A stretch of DNA of 64,000 nt from Cyanobacteriota bacterium (GCA_046052125.1 JBJOMY010000003.1:256001-320000); one strand, 5' to 3'. Shown: positions 42,152 through 54,021, counted from the first letter of the stretch. Translations and numbers: made by a program. Notes: a model not told the origin generated them from the sequence alone.

Positions 42152-44443
42152 TCAGAGCTCGAGCGGATCGGGGTCGATCGCCAGCGACACATCCCGCGGC
42201 AGCAGCGCCCGCAGCTCGCTCTCCATCGGCACCGGCAGTTGGCCTGTGGCTGGCCCATGCAGCAGCAGTTGCCAGCGGCTTCTTCCCGCCACCCGCGCCA
42301 CCGGCGCCGGCGCCGGACCAATGATCAGCCAGCCCTGCGCCTGGCTCGCGGGGCGCAGGTGCTCCGCCAGCAGGGACGCCGCTGTGGCGGTGCCGCTCGC
42401 CGATGGCCCCGCCAGCCGCAGCAGGCAGGCGCGGCTGAAGGGCACCAAGCCGGCGGAGTGGCGTTCTGCCAGCTCCTCCTGCAGAAAGCTTTGATAGCGC
42501 CCATCCACCAGGTGCCGGATCACCCGGTGCTCCGGGCTGTAGGTCTGCACCAGCACCTCACCGGGTTGTTCGCCCCGTCCGGCGCGCCCGGCCAGCTGCA
42601 GCAGCAGTTGCAGGCATTCCTCCGAGGCCCGCAGATCGGGCCGATGCAGCAGCCCATCGGCGGCCAGCACCGCGGCCAGGGTCACCTGGGGGAGATCCAT
42701 GCCCTTGGCCAGCATCTGCGTGCCCACGAGCACATCGGCTTCCCCGGCAGCGAATCGCTCCAGCAGGCGGCGGTGTCCATCGCGGCCGCGGGTGGTGTCG
42801 CGATCGAAGCGCAGCAGCCGCAAACCCTCGAGCTCCTGTTCCAGGTGCTCCATCACCTGCTGGGTGCCGGCACCGAAGGGTTTGAAGGCCGTTGATCCGC
42901 AGGCACCGCAGCGCTGGCTGATCTCAGAGCGGTGGTCGCACCAGTGGCAGCGCAGCCAGGAGCGCTCGCGCTGGCGATGCACGGTCATCGCCACGTCGCA
43001 GTGGGGACACTCCACCACCTCGCCGCAGCTGCGGCAGCTGAGAAAGCTGCTGTAGCCGCGCCGAGGCACCAGCACCACGGCCTGGCCGCCGCTGCCCGGC
43101 AAGGCCTCCAGCCGTTGCATCAACGGTCGGCTCACCAATCGCCGGTGGCCCTCGGCCAGTTCCTGGCGCATATCCACCACATGCACGGGCGGGAGGGGCC
43201 GGCCGCCGATCCGTTGCGGCAAGCGCAGCAGTTGACAGGCCGGTGCGCTGCCCTGACAGGCGAGCCAGGTTTCCAGGCTGGGGGTGGCGGAGCCCAGCAG
43301 CAGCCGTGCACCGCTCAATCGGGCCCGCAGGCTGGCCACCTCCCGGGCGTGGTAACAGGGCATCGGGCTGTCCTGTTTGTAGGAGCGGTCGTGTTCCTCA
43401 TCAAGCGCGATCAGCCCCAGCTGCGGCAAGGGCAGAAACACAGCTGAGCGGGTTCCCACCACCAGCAGCGGTTCAGCTCCGGCCAGGCAGCGCCTCCAGG
43501 CCTCGATCCTCTGGCCATCGCTGCAGCCCGAGTGGTACTCCACCACCCGATCACCGAAGCGGCGCCGGCAGCGATCGAGCAGCTGGGGAATCAAACCGAT
43601 CTCGGGCGTGAGCAACAGCACCGAGCGCCCCTGCTCGATCTGATGGGCAGCGGCCTGGAGATACACCTCGGTCTTACCGGCTCCGGTGACGCCCCACAGC
43701 AGCAACTGCTGCCCTGATCCGGCGCCGTTGATGGCGCTCAGGGCGTTGGCTTGGTCTGGAGTGAGGGCTTGGGGTTGATCCCGGTTGGCGAGTCCCAGGC
43801 CTGCACCTGCTCTGGTGCCATCGAAGCTGCGCCGCTGGCGCTCCACCAGGCCGCGTTTCACCAGGCCCTCCGCCACACTCGGGCCAAGCTCGAGGCCTTT
43901 GAGCAGCTCTCGCTGCCAGCCAGCTCCGCCCTGCTCTCGCAGCTGATCGAGCAACCGGCTCTGCCCGTTGCTCAGCGAAGGGCTGTCAGCGTTGCGACCC
44001 GCGCTCGTGAGCTCCAGCCAGAGCTGTTGCCGGCCGCCAACGGCCTTGCCGGCCTTGCGTTGACCCAGCCAACCCGGTGGGAGCGCCGCCCGAAGTGTTC
44101 GAAACACGCTGGTGCGGCACGTTTCAGCCACGTGCTCGATCAACTGTTGCCAGTGGCGATCCACCGCCGCCCGTTGATGCAGGGCTTCGATCGGTTGCAG
44201 TTGCTTGTTGGTGAGGCCATCTGGTGGGCTGTTGAGGAGCTCCACCACCAGTCCGATGTGGCGTTGGCCCCGCAGCCGCACCTGCACCAGATCGCCGCAA
44301 CCCACCGCCAGGGCCTTGGGATTGCTGTAGGTGAACACCTGTCCTTCCCGGCCGGCGTCAAGCCACACCTGGAGCCAGGTGATCGCTTTGCAGTCCTGCT
44401 CGGGATTCAAGCCTTGGCTGTTGCTCACCCGACTGTCGCTCAA
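42152..44443 (-). CDS. priA: Primosomal protein N' (replication restart helicase)
   Basis: GVTGAGKTEVY, PEIGL, DEEHD, GSATPS, Cys-rich zinc motifs, GTQMLAKG and QLAGRAGR; start uncertain. Confidence 0.96.
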   Translation of the reverse strand: MSDSRVSNSQGLNPEQDCKAITWLQVWLDAGREGQVFTYSNPKALAVGCGDLVQVRLRGQRHIGLVVELLNSPPDGLTNKQLQPIEALHQRAAVDRHWQQLIEHVAETCRTSVFRTLRAALPPGWLGQRKAGKAVGGRQQLWLELTSAGRNADSPSLSNGQSRLLDQLREQGGAGWQRELLKGLELGPSVAEGLVKRGLVERQRRSFDGTRAGAGLGLANRDQPQALTPDQANALSAINGAGSGQQLLLWGVTGAGKTEVYLQAAAHQIEQGRSVLLLTPEIGLIPQLLDRCRRRFGDRVVEYHSGCSDGQRIEAWRRCLAGAEPLLVVGTRSAVFLPLPQLGLIALDEEHDRSYKQDSPMPCYHAREVASLRARLSGARLLLGSATPSLETWLACQGSAPACQLLRLPQRIGGRPLPPVHVVDMRQELAEGHRRLVSRPLMQRLEALPGSGGQAVVLVPRRGYSSFLSCRSCGEVVECPHCDVAMTVHRQRERSWLRCHWCDHRSEISQRCGACGSTAFKPFGAGTQQVMEHLEQELEGLRLLRFDRDTTRGRDGHRRLLERFAAGEADVLVGTQMLAKGMDLPQVTLAAVLAADGLLHRPDLRASEECLQLLLQLAGRAGRGEQPGEVLVQTYSPEHRVIRHLVDGRYQSFLQEELAERHSAGLVPFSRACLLRLAGPSASGTATAASLLAEHLRPASQAQGWLIIGPAPAPVARVAGRSRWQLLLHGPATGQLPVPMESELRALLPRDVSLAIDPDPLEL

Positions 44444-44884
44444 CCTTGCGGAGCTCGCGGGCGTTTCTTAAGATGTGATTGTTGAGCAGTCCGTAGGGCT
44501 GTAGTCGGAACCAGCAAAGTTCCGTCCAGCGGGAAGATCCGAGGCTGACCAGGCGCCGTTCCTGCGTCCCCGATCTGCGAACACCCCTGACAGCGTTGCC
44601 CGGGCATCCGCCCTCCCGTTCCTGCTCCAGACCTTTTCACCCGTATTGATAGATAGGGCTCTCGCCCCTCCTGCTTGCTTCAACCCTGTATCTGAGCACC
44701 TTCTCCGTCCGGATGTCTTCATCTGAGTCGCGGTAGGTCAAATCCGTTGAGAGCACCAGGCTGAGCGTTTGTTCCCGTAGTTGGCCGTGATTCGTTTTTG
44801 CGTCTGCCGGTGCTGCCGGTGGTCGGTTTTTCTCGTTTCCGGCGCTTTCACCGTTGTTGATCGCCCCGCCGTCCTTCCCATCCG

Positions 44885-46303
<1,419 letters not shown>

Positions 46304-46322
46304 GTCGAGTGTTGATCGCTTT

Positions 46323-46352
46323 GCCGGCAGGTGCATCCCTGCCGGCTTTCTT
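46323..46352 (+). terminator. Intrinsic terminator after rpoD
   Basis: GCCGGCAGG-TGCATC-CCTGCCGGC followed by TTTCTT. Confidence 0.8.
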
Positions 46353-46364
46353 GTGCCAACTGCC

Positions 46365-47459
46365 ATGAATCCGCGGCTTTCGATTGTTCTGCCCACTTAC
46401 AACGAGCGGGGCAACATCGAGCCTTTGCTCCAGCAGCTGCTGCCCCTCCAGGAGCACTACAACCTGGAAATCCTGGTGGTGGATGACGATTCCGCCGACG
46501 GCACCGCCGAGTTGGTGCGTCAACTCGCCCACGCTGAACCTCGGCTGCGCCTGATCCGGCGTGTGGGTCGCTCTGGCCTGGCCAGTGCGATCAAAGAGGG
46601 GCTGCTGGATGCCACCGGTGATGTGGCACTGGTGATGGACAGCGATGGCCAGCACGAACCCACGGCCGTGCGTCAGGCGATCGACAGCTTGCTGGCCGGC
46701 CCTCTGGATCTGGTGATTGGCAGCCGCTTTCATCCCCAGGCGCAGATCCATGGCCTCAGCGGCCGCCGCGAAACAGGCTCCACCTGGGCCAATGCCTGCG
46801 CCCGTTTCAGCCTGCCGCGCAGCTACGGCCAGCTCACGGATTACATGAGCGGTTTCTTTGCGCTGCGGCTGGAGGTGCTGCTGCCTCTCATCCGGGCGGT
46901 GGATGTGAACGGGTTCAAGTTTCTCTACGAGCTGCTGGCGGTGAGCAAAGGCCGCCTGAGCACCGGCGAGGTGCCGCTCAGTTTTCAGCCCCGCAGCTAT
47001 GGCAGTTCCAAGTTGGATCTGGCCATTTTTTGGGACTTTCTGATCTCGATCCTGCACAGCCTCAGCTTGCGGCTGCTGCCCCGCCGCGCCATCAGCTTTG
47101 GCCTGGTGGGTCTCAGCGGCGTGGTGGTGCAACTGCTGGTGACGCAGCTGTTGATGCTCGGATCGCTGGGCTTTGAACAGGCCCTGCCCTTTGCCGTTGT
47201 GGCCGCGGCCAGTTCCAATTACCTGATCAACAACGCGCTCACCTTCCGGTTCCAGCGCCTCAAGGGCCTGGGGCTGCTGCGCGGCTTGCTCAAGTTTCTG
47301 CTGGTGGCCTCACTGCCGGTGCTGGCCAATGTGGGCCTCGCCTCGGCCTTCTACAGCTTTGTGGCGCGCGACACGGTTTCGGCTCAGCTGGCCGGAATCC
47401 TGGTGGTGTTCGTGTGGAACTACGCCGCCAGCAGCCGTTTCGTGTGGAACACGCCCTAA
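46365..47459 (+). CDS. Polyprenol-phosphate glycosyltransferase (GT2, DPM1-like) fused to a GtrA-like domain
   Basis: LPTYNE, VDD.S.DGT, MDSDGQH, GSRF and D.MSGFF; C-terminal four-TM part with F.LVG.SG and N..LTF. Confidence 0.9.
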   Translation: MNPRLSIVLPTYNERGNIEPLLQQLLPLQEHYNLEILVVDDDSADGTAELVRQLAHAEPRLRLIRRVGRSGLASAIKEGLLDATGDVALVMDSDGQHEPTAVRQAIDSLLAGPLDLVIGSRFHPQAQIHGLSGRRETGSTWANACARFSLPRSYGQLTDYMSGFFALRLEVLLPLIRAVDVNGFKFLYELLAVSKGRLSTGEVPLSFQPRSYGSSKLDLAIFWDFLISILHSLSLRLLPRRAISFGLVGLSGVVVQLLVTQLLMLGSLGFEQALPFAVVAAASSNYLINNALTFRFQRLKGLGLLRGLLKFLLVASLPVLANVGLASAFYSFVARDTVSAQLAGILVVFVWNYAASSRFVWNTP

Positions 47460-47468
47460 TTTTTCGGC

Positions 47469-49220
47469 ATGCAACGCCTCCAAGCCTGGCTTGACCAGGA
47501 CGCTCGCCGCAGCCTGCTGCTCGCTCTGCTCGCTCTGGCCGGTCTTTGCGCCTTGGCCTTTGGCCAACAGCTCGGCGGCCTTGGTCTGATGGATAAAACC
47601 GAGGGTCTCTTCGTGGAGATCCCTCGCCAGATGCTCACCAGCGGCGACTGGATCACCCCTCGCTGGAATGGAGAGATCTTTTTTGATTACCCCGTGTGGG
47701 GCTACTGGATGGTGGCCCTCAGCTTTCGGCTGTTCGGGGTGAGTGAGTGGGCGGCGCGGCTGCCGGTGGCCCTGGCCGCCAGCGCCACGGTGTTTGCCGT
47801 GTTTGGCGTGCTGCTCTTGGCGGCGCGGACCGCAGAACCGCACCACCAGCGCCTCGGCCGCGCCACCCTCGGCGCCACCGTGCTGGCCCTCAGCCCTGGC
47901 TGGCTCGGTTGGGGGCGCTCCTCAGTGACCGACATGTTTCTGGCCAGCGCCATCACCCTGGCGTTGCTGGGTTTTGTGGTGGCCCACACCGCTGAAGCGC
48001 ACCGGTGGTGGCAACGGCGACTGGGCTTCATCGCCTTGGCTGTGTTTTGCGGCATCGCCGTGCTGGCCAAGGGGCCAGTGGGCCTGCTGTTGCCCGGTGT
48101 GGTGATGCTTGTGTTCTGGGCCTTGAAGGGCACCTTCTTCAACGAGCTGCGCCGCACGCCTTGGATCCCCTTGGTGCTGCTGTTTCTCGGTGTTGCTGCC
48201 CCCTGGTACGGCCTGGCCACCGCTGCCAATGGCGGTGAGTTTTTGGGCCGTTTTCTGGGCTTCAGCAACCTCGAGCGCTTCACCTCGGTGATCTACGACC
48301 ACCCGGGGCCGCCTTGGTTCTATCTGCCCTGGGTGCTGCTGTTGCTGCTGCCCTGGTCGTTGTTCCTGCCGGTGGCCTGCGCCCGCCTGCGCTTCTGGCG
48401 CCTGCAGGTGTGGCGCCAAGCCGCCCCTGGAGAGGATCTGCCCCTGCTGGGTCTGGTGTGGTTGGTGGTGATGTTGGCCTTTTTCTCGGCCGCTGCCACC
48501 AAACTGCCCGGCTACATCCTGCCGGCGCTGCCCGGTGGGGCTCTACTGGTGGCCCTGCTGTTCGCGCCCCTGTCCCCGTCGCCAGCTCTGGGAGGTGGGA
48601 TACGCATCACGGGCTGGATCAATGGCGTACTGCTGGTGCTGATGGCGTTCGCCGCAGTGCTGGCTCCCCGCTGGATCGAGCAAGACCCCTCCTATCCGGC
48701 CTTTGCCGATGCCATCAGGGCTTCGGGGTTGCCGGTGTTGTTGTTCCTCCCGCTTTTGGCGGGGGGTGTGGCTTTGTTGGTTGTGCTGCTGCGCCGCTCC
48801 GATGGCCTCCAGTGGTTGTGGATCCCGAATGCGGCGGCGCTGGCCTCGGTTCTGGCGCTGGTGTTGCCTGTGCTGATTCCCCTGGTGGATCGGGAGCGGC
48901 AGCTGCCGATTCGCACCCTGGCCCGGCTTGCTGGTGAGCAGGGCCTGCCAGAAGAACCGCTCCTGGTGGTGGGCTACAAGCGCTACAGCGTTGTGTATTA
49001 CAGCGGTCGCCCGGTGTTGTTCGTTAGCTCCCCGCGCAAGGCCAGTCGTGCGGTGGCGCAGGCTGAGCGCTTGCCGCAGAGCGTGCTGCTGCTGGGAAGT
49101 GATGCGGAGCTGCTGGAGTTCGGGATTGGCCCTGGCGATGGCACCCCACTGGGCCGCCGCGATGCCCACCGCCTGCTGCGCTTGCCCATTCAGCGCCTGA
49201 ACACCCTGGGGAACAGCTGA
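47469..49220 (+). CDS. ArnT/PMT-like GT-C membrane glycosyltransferase
   Basis: D.TEG, M..SGDW.TP.WNG..F.D.P, EWAARLP, LAKGP and TKLPGY.LP. Confidence 0.9.
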   Translation: MQRLQAWLDQDARRSLLLALLALAGLCALAFGQQLGGLGLMDKTEGLFVEIPRQMLTSGDWITPRWNGEIFFDYPVWGYWMVALSFRLFGVSEWAARLPVALAASATVFAVFGVLLLAARTAEPHHQRLGRATLGATVLALSPGWLGWGRSSVTDMFLASAITLALLGFVVAHTAEAHRWWQRRLGFIALAVFCGIAVLAKGPVGLLLPGVVMLVFWALKGTFFNELRRTPWIPLVLLFLGVAAPWYGLATAANGGEFLGRFLGFSNLERFTSVIYDHPGPPWFYLPWVLLLLLPWSLFLPVACARLRFWRLQVWRQAAPGEDLPLLGLVWLVVMLAFFSAAATKLPGYILPALPGGALLVALLFAPLSPSPALGGGIRITGWINGVLLVLMAFAAVLAPRWIEQDPSYPAFADAIRASGLPVLLFLPLLAGGVALLVVLLRRSDGLQWLWIPNAAALASVLALVLPVLIPLVDRERQLPIRTLARLAGEQGLPEEPLLVVGYKRYSVVYYSGRPVLFVSSPRKASRAVAQAERLPQSVLLLGSDAELLEFGIGPGDGTPLGRRDAHRLLRLPIQRLNTLGNS

Positions 49221-49906
49221 TGCGCGCCCAACTTCGCCTGGCTGGCGACTGGCTGAAGGCTCTTGGTCCCTGGCGGCTGGCCTTCGCCGTTGCCACTGCC
49301 GTCGTGCTGGCCTGGGCCGGCCCGCCGTTGGCGGCCACCCGACGTCCCGCCTTTGATCTGGAGGTGCTGCGGCTGGTGCATCAGTGGACCCCGGAGTGGT
49401 TGGGTCAGCTGCTGCCGTCGGTGTACGAGGCCAGCGGCAAGCACCTCACCGCGGTGCTGGTGCTGGCGGTGCTGATTTTCCTGGCGTTGAAGCGCTTCTG
49501 GGCAGAGCTGGTCTGCCTCGTGGTGGGCGCCGGTGGGATTTTGCTGATCGTGGATCGCTGGCTCAAACCACTCTTTGATCGCCGCAGGCCCAGTGGTCGG
49601 CTGCTGGAGGACATCAGTGGCCGCAGCTTTCCCAGTGGCCATGCCGCCGGTTCGGTGGTGTTCTATTTCCTCACCTGCTGCCTGCTCTCCGCCCACTACC
49701 CGCGCTTGCGCAAACCCCTGTTTGTGCTCTCGAGTTGCTGGGTGGCTCTGGTGTGGCTCAGCACGCTCTATTGCCGTGCCCACTGGCTCACCGATATCGC
49801 TGCTGGAGCGGCCGTGGGGTATGTGTGGCTGAGCTTTTGCCTAGCCGGCTTCACCGTCTGGGACCAGCACGCCCATCGTTCCGCGCCCTCTCAACCCCAT
49901 GGCTGA
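49220..49906 (+). CDS. PAP2 family membrane phosphatase
   Basis: K.LF.R.RP, SFPSGH and AHW.TD. Confidence 0.9.
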   Translation: MRAQLRLAGDWLKALGPWRLAFAVATAVVLAWAGPPLAATRRPAFDLEVLRLVHQWTPEWLGQLLPSVYEASGKHLTAVLVLAVLIFLALKRFWAELVCLVVGAGGILLIVDRWLKPLFDRRRPSGRLLEDISGRSFPSGHAAGSVVFYFLTCCLLSAHYPRLRKPLFVLSSCWVALVWLSTLYCRAHWLTDIAAGAAVGYVWLSFCLAGFTVWDQHAHRSAPSQPHG

Positions 49907-50306
49907 TGCTTCGGTTTCGCTCGCCGACCTGCGTGGACTGCGCACCGCCCCTGAGCTGAGCGCCGCAGGCTGCGAGGCGCTGCGCACCCAGTTGCTGCTC
50001 AAGCTCAAGCCCTGCGAGTGGTTCACGATCGGCGTGATGGCTCCCTCGGCTGCCGCTGCTGTGGCCGCGTTGCGCTCCCTTGAAACAGCTCTCGGCTGGG
50101 AATCGCTCGAGCTGGATCCAGCCGGCGAGGCTCTCGCCAGCATCGAAGGCCCGGTGTTCCTCAAGGGCAATCAGAACAGCGGCCGTTTTCTGGTGCGCCG
50201 CGAGAGCGGTCTTGGCGAGGGGATGCTGATCACCGGTCATAGCCCTGTGGATCCCGATGCCGAAGACACCTGGGGGCCATTGCCGCTTCAGCTCTTCGCC
50301 GATTGA
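49899..50306 (+). CDS. DUF1824-like protein
   Basis: EWFTIGVMA, GPVFLK.NQ and TWGPLPL.LF. Confidence 0.82.
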   Translation: MADASVSLADLRGLRTAPELSAAGCEALRTQLLLKLKPCEWFTIGVMAPSAAAAVAALRSLETALGWESLELDPAGEALASIEGPVFLKGNQNSGRFLVRRESGLGEGMLITGHSPVDPDAEDTWGPLPLQLFAD

Positions 50307-50448
50307 TCCTTGGCTCCCCAGCCTGGGCTGCTGATTGCTGATCACGACGACTGATCACGACTTGGCGGCCGCCATTCAGCCTGGGCGCACCAATCTCTAC
50401 GCTGGGCGGCTGTGATTCGGCGGCCTGGGCTGCCTCCTGACCCCTCCG

Positions 50449-51402
50449 ATGGCCGCTTCCCAACTGCGAATTGCTTCTCGCCGCAGCCAGCTGGCCATGG
50501 TGCAGACCCACTGGGTGCGCGATGAGCTGGCCAAAGCCCATGCCGGCCTGGAGATCAGCATCGAGGCGATGGCCACCCAGGGCGACAAGATCCTTGATGT
50601 GGCCCTGGCCAAGATCGGCGACAAGGGCTTGTTCACCAAGGAGCTTGAGGCTCAGATGTTGGTGGATCGCGCTGACATCGCCGTTCACAGCCTCAAGGAT
50701 CTGCCCACCAACCTGCCCGAGGGCTTGATGCTCGGCTGCATCACCGAGCGGGAGGATCCCGCTGATGCCCTGGTGGTGCATGAGAAGCACAAGGACAAAA
50801 CCCTCGCCACCCTCTCTGCCGGTTCTGTGGTGGGAACCAGCTCTCTGCGCCGCTTGGCCCAGCTGCGCCACCACTATCCGCAGCTCACCTTCAAGGATGT
50901 GCGCGGCAATGTGATCACCCGGCTGGAGAAGCTCGATTCCGGTGAGTTCGATTGCCTGATCCTCGCGGCTGCTGGCCTGGGCCGCCTGGGCCTCGGTGAT
51001 CGCATCCATGAGCTGATCGATCCTTCGATCTCTCTGCATGCGGTGGGTCAGGGCGCTCTCGGTATCGAATGCCGTGAGGGCGACACCACAGTGCTGGAGC
51101 AGATCAAGGTGCTGGAGCACCTGCCCACCGCTCGCCGTTGCCTGGCGGAGCGCGCTTTCCTGCGGGAGCTTGAGGGTGGTTGTCAGGTGCCGATCGGTGT
51201 GAACACCCGCTTCGAGGGCGACGAGCTGGTGCTCACCGGCATGGTGGCCAGCCTCGACGGGCAACGCCTGATCCGCGACGAAGCCCGCGGCGACCAGAGT
51301 GATCCTGAGGCGATCGGCATCGCCCTCGCTCACACACTGCGCGCCCAGGGCGCCGGGGAAATCCTGGAGGAGATTTTTGCCACGGTACGGCCAGAGGCCT
51401 GA
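50449..51402 (+). CDS. hemC: Porphobilinogen deaminase
   Basis: [39 protein letters not shown] and EGGCQVP. Confidence 0.98.
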   Translation: MAASQLRIASRRSQLAMVQTHWVRDELAKAHAGLEISIEAMATQGDKILDVALAKIGDKGLFTKELEAQMLVDRADIAVHSLKDLPTNLPEGLMLGCITEREDPADALVVHEKHKDKTLATLSAGSVVGTSSLRRLAQLRHHYPQLTFKDVRGNVITRLEKLDSGEFDCLILAAAGLGRLGLGDRIHELIDPSISLHAVGQGALGIECREGDTTVLEQIKVLEHLPTARRCLAERAFLRELEGGCQVPIGVNTRFEGDELVLTGMVASLDGQRLIRDEARGDQSDPEAIGIALAHTLRAQGAGEILEEIFATVRPEA

Positions 51403-53359
51403 TCAAGGAGCTGCTGAACCGGCGGTAGAGGCTCGCGCCCTGCCGTTCCAGTGGAGCTTGCTGGCCTGGGCAGCCCTGGTGGGTGTGCTCACCGGCTTGG
51501 CCGTGGTGGGCTTCCACTACCTGCTCGGATTCATCAACAACTTCCTCTATGGCCCTGTGGTGGAGGGGCTGGTGGGGTTGCTGCGCGCTGCACCGCCGGA
51601 GCCACCGCCCCTGCCGCCTCCGCCGGAGCCCAGCAGCGGCACCCCCTTGGGGGCGTTGCTGCAGATCGGTTTGGGGGGATTGGCCTTTCTTCCGCAGCCA
51701 CCGCCGCCGCCGGAGCCGATTCCCCTGCCGGGTGATCCGCTGCCGCTGTGGTTGTCGTCGTGGCCGGTGGTGCTGGTGCCCCTGCTGGGTGGCCTGGCCG
51801 TGGGCCTGCTGCGCCAGATCGGTCGGGATCTCGGGCCGAGCCTGCCCAGCCTGATCGCCATGGCCGATGGCACCGTGCAGGCTGCCCCCAAGCTGCCGAT
51901 CCTGCGCCTGATTGCTGCATCGCTCAGCCTCGGCAGCGGCGCCTCCCTCGGACCGGAGGGTCCGAGTGTGGAGAGCGGCGGCAACATCGGTTTGTGGGTG
52001 GCGGGCAAAGGCGGCCTGCCGCCGGATTCCCAGAAAGCCCTGGTGGCAGCTGGTGTGGCTGCTGGCCTCGCGGCGGGTTTTAAGGCGCCGATTGCCGGTT
52101 TGTTTTTCGCCTTTGAGGGCAGTTACAGCACGATTCCGGGCCGTCCCAGCGTGCGGGCTGTACTGGTGGCGGCCGTGGCGTCCTCGCTGGTGACCCAGCT
52201 TTCGCTCGGGGATCAGCCGATCTTCCGCCTGCCGGCCTACGAGGTGCGCTCACCGCTGGAGCTGCCGCTGTATCTGGGTCTTGGTCTGGTGGCTAGTGGC
52301 ATGTCGCTGGCGCTGCTCACGATGTTGTCCACCGGCCGCAGCGAGGTGGTGCAACGCCGCCTGCAGCGGTTGCCGCGCTGGTTGCTCACTGCCCTTGGCG
52401 GCCTTGGCCTGGGCGTGATGGCGCTGGCGTTCCCGCAGGTGCTCGGCGTTGGCTACGACACCATCGGTGCGCTGCTGGGCCGCGAGGGTGGGATCGCCCT
52501 GGTGAGCCTGTTGGGCCTGCTGCTGGTGAAGCTGTTGGCCACTGGTTTGAGCAGCGCCACTGGTTTTGTGGGCGGTGGTTTTGCTCCGTCGCTCTTCTTG
52601 GGGGCGGTCTTGGGGAATGTGTACGGCCAGCTGTTGGGTGATGGCGGCCTGCATTTGCCCGTGGCCGAACCACCCGCCTACGCGATGGTGGGCATGGCAG
52701 CAGTGCTCGCCGGTAGTGCCAGGGCACCGCTCACCGCCTTGCTGCTGCTGTTTGAGCTCACCCACGACATCCGGATCGTGTTGCCGCTGATGGCCGCAGC
52801 CGGCCTCAGTGCCGCCCTGGTGGAGCGCTGGCAGGGCATGGCCGATCCAGGCCTGCTGGGTCCGGATTTGGTTGAAGAGCAACGGCGTAACCGCCTGGCG
52901 GCGATCGGCGTGGAAGAAGCGCTGGAGCCCGAATCGCCGCTGGTGCTCAATGCCACAACCCCGGCAGCGGAGGCGCTGCAGCAGTTGCTCGAAGCCCATG
53001 GCCACTGCCTGGTGGTGGCCGATGAAACCTGGGTGCTGGGGCTGGTGACTCTGGAGGATCTGCAGCGGCCAATCTCCGCCGGCAACCCTGATCTGCCTCT
53101 GCTGCAATGCCGCCGCTCCGACCTGCTCTGGCTAAGCCGTGATGCCAACTTGGCCCAGCTCGAGGATCAGCTCCAGCCCAACGGCCTGCGCCAGGTGCCG
53201 GTGTTCCAGTTGGAGGATTCGGCCCTGCCGAAGCTGCCGAGTGGCATCCCTGCGGCCGGCTTACCGGTGGTGGCCCTGCAGGGGCTGGCCAGCCGCGATG
53301 GAATGGCTCGGGCCCTCGCCCGTGCGGCGGCCTCAGACCAACAAAAAAGCCCCCAATGA
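51377..53359 (+). CDS. ClC family anion channel/transporter with CBS-like C-terminus
   Basis: G.SLGPEGP, GVAAG....[11 protein letters not shown] and A..GMAA..A...RAP.T; the likely TTG start at 51377 lies inside the hemC 3' end, behind GGAGG. Confidence 0.9.
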   Translation: MPRYGQRPDQGAAEPAVEARALPFQWSLLAWAALVGVLTGLAVVGFHYLLGFINNFLYGPVVEGLVGLLRAAPPEPPPLPPPPEPSSGTPLGALLQIGLGGLAFLPQPPPPPEPIPLPGDPLPLWLSSWPVVLVPLLGGLAVGLLRQIGRDLGPSLPSLIAMADGTVQAAPKLPILRLIAASLSLGSGASLGPEGPSVESGGNIGLWVAGKGGLPPDSQKALVAAGVAAGLAAGFKAPIAGLFFAFEGSYSTIPGRPSVRAVLVAAVASSLVTQLSLGDQPIFRLPAYEVRSPLELPLYLGLGLVASGMSLALLTMLSTGRSEVVQRRLQRLPRWLLTALGGLGLGVMALAFPQVLGVGYDTIGALLGREGGIALVSLLGLLLVKLLATGLSSATGFVGGGFAPSLFLGAVLGNVYGQLLGDGGLHLPVAEPPAYAMVGMAAVLAGSARAPLTALLLLFELTHDIRIVLPLMAAAGLSAALVERWQGMADPGLLGPDLVEEQRRNRLAAIGVEEALEPESPLVLNATTPAAEALQQLLEAHGHCLVVADETWVLGLVTLEDLQRPISAGNPDLPLLQCRRSDLLWLSRDANLAQLEDQLQPNGLRQVPVFQLEDSALPKLPSGIPAAGLPVVALQGLASRDGMARALARAAASDQQKSPQ

Positions 53360-53367
53360 TGGGGGCT
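53343..53367 (-). terminator. Intrinsic terminator of ppa copy 2
   Basis: The + strand reads AAAAAA-GCCCCCA-ATGA-TGGGGGC, i.e. a stem followed by a U-tract on the - strand. Confidence 0.85.
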
Positions 53368-53389
53368 GGGATCGCTTGTTGCTCGAGCC

Positions 53390-53977
53390 TCAGTTCACCA
53401 ACTTGGGGTTGATGGTGTCGAGGTAGCGCTGCTCGCACTCCTTGATGATCTTCACGGCTTCGGCGGTGTCGAAGAAGCCGTTCACGCGGCAGGTGCCGGG
53501 TTTCTTGAGGTCCTTGTAGTGCTCCCAGTAGTACTGGGTTTCCTTGAGCCAGTGGTCGCCCAGCTGGGTGTAGCTGGTGATGTGATCCATGCGCTTGTCA
53601 TCGGCGAGCACGGCGATCACCTTGTCGTCGACTTCACCGCCGTCGTCGAACTTCATGATGCCGATGATGCGGGCCTCCACCAGGGAGCCGGGCACAAGGG
53701 GCTCGGTCACACCCACGATCTCGATGTCGAGCGGGTCGCCGTCTTCATCCCAGGTGCGGGGGATGCAGCCGTAGGCGAAGGGATAAGCCAGGGAGGAATA
53801 GCCCACGCGATCGAGCTTGAGGTGACCGGTTTCGGTGATCAGCTCGTACTTGTTGATCGTGTTGCTGTTGAGCTCCACGATCGTGTTCAGGCGCAGCTCG
53901 GCTTCATCGGCAAAGGCCGGCAGCACGTGCAGCAGGTTGAGCATCGTGCGGCTTGGGGCGTGGTCGATGTTCGCCAT
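53390..53977 (-). CDS. ppa: Family I inorganic pyrophosphatase (copy 2, longer type)
   Basis: NKYE, LDRVG, YPFAYG, DEDGDPLD, DDK and YKDLK. Confidence 0.94.
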   Translation of the reverse strand: MANIDHAPSRTMLNLLHVLPAFADEAELRLNTIVELNSNTINKYELITETGHLKLDRVGYSSLAYPFAYGCIPRTWDEDGDPLDIEIVGVTEPLVPGSLVEARIIGIMKFDDGGEVDDKVIAVLADDKRMDHITSYTQLGDHWLKETQYYWEHYKDLKKPGTCRVNGFFDTAEAVKIIKECEQRYLDTINPKLVN

Positions 53978-54021
53978 CAGGGCAGCGGCAAGGGATGTGG
54001 GCGGCATCCTACGGATGGCAC

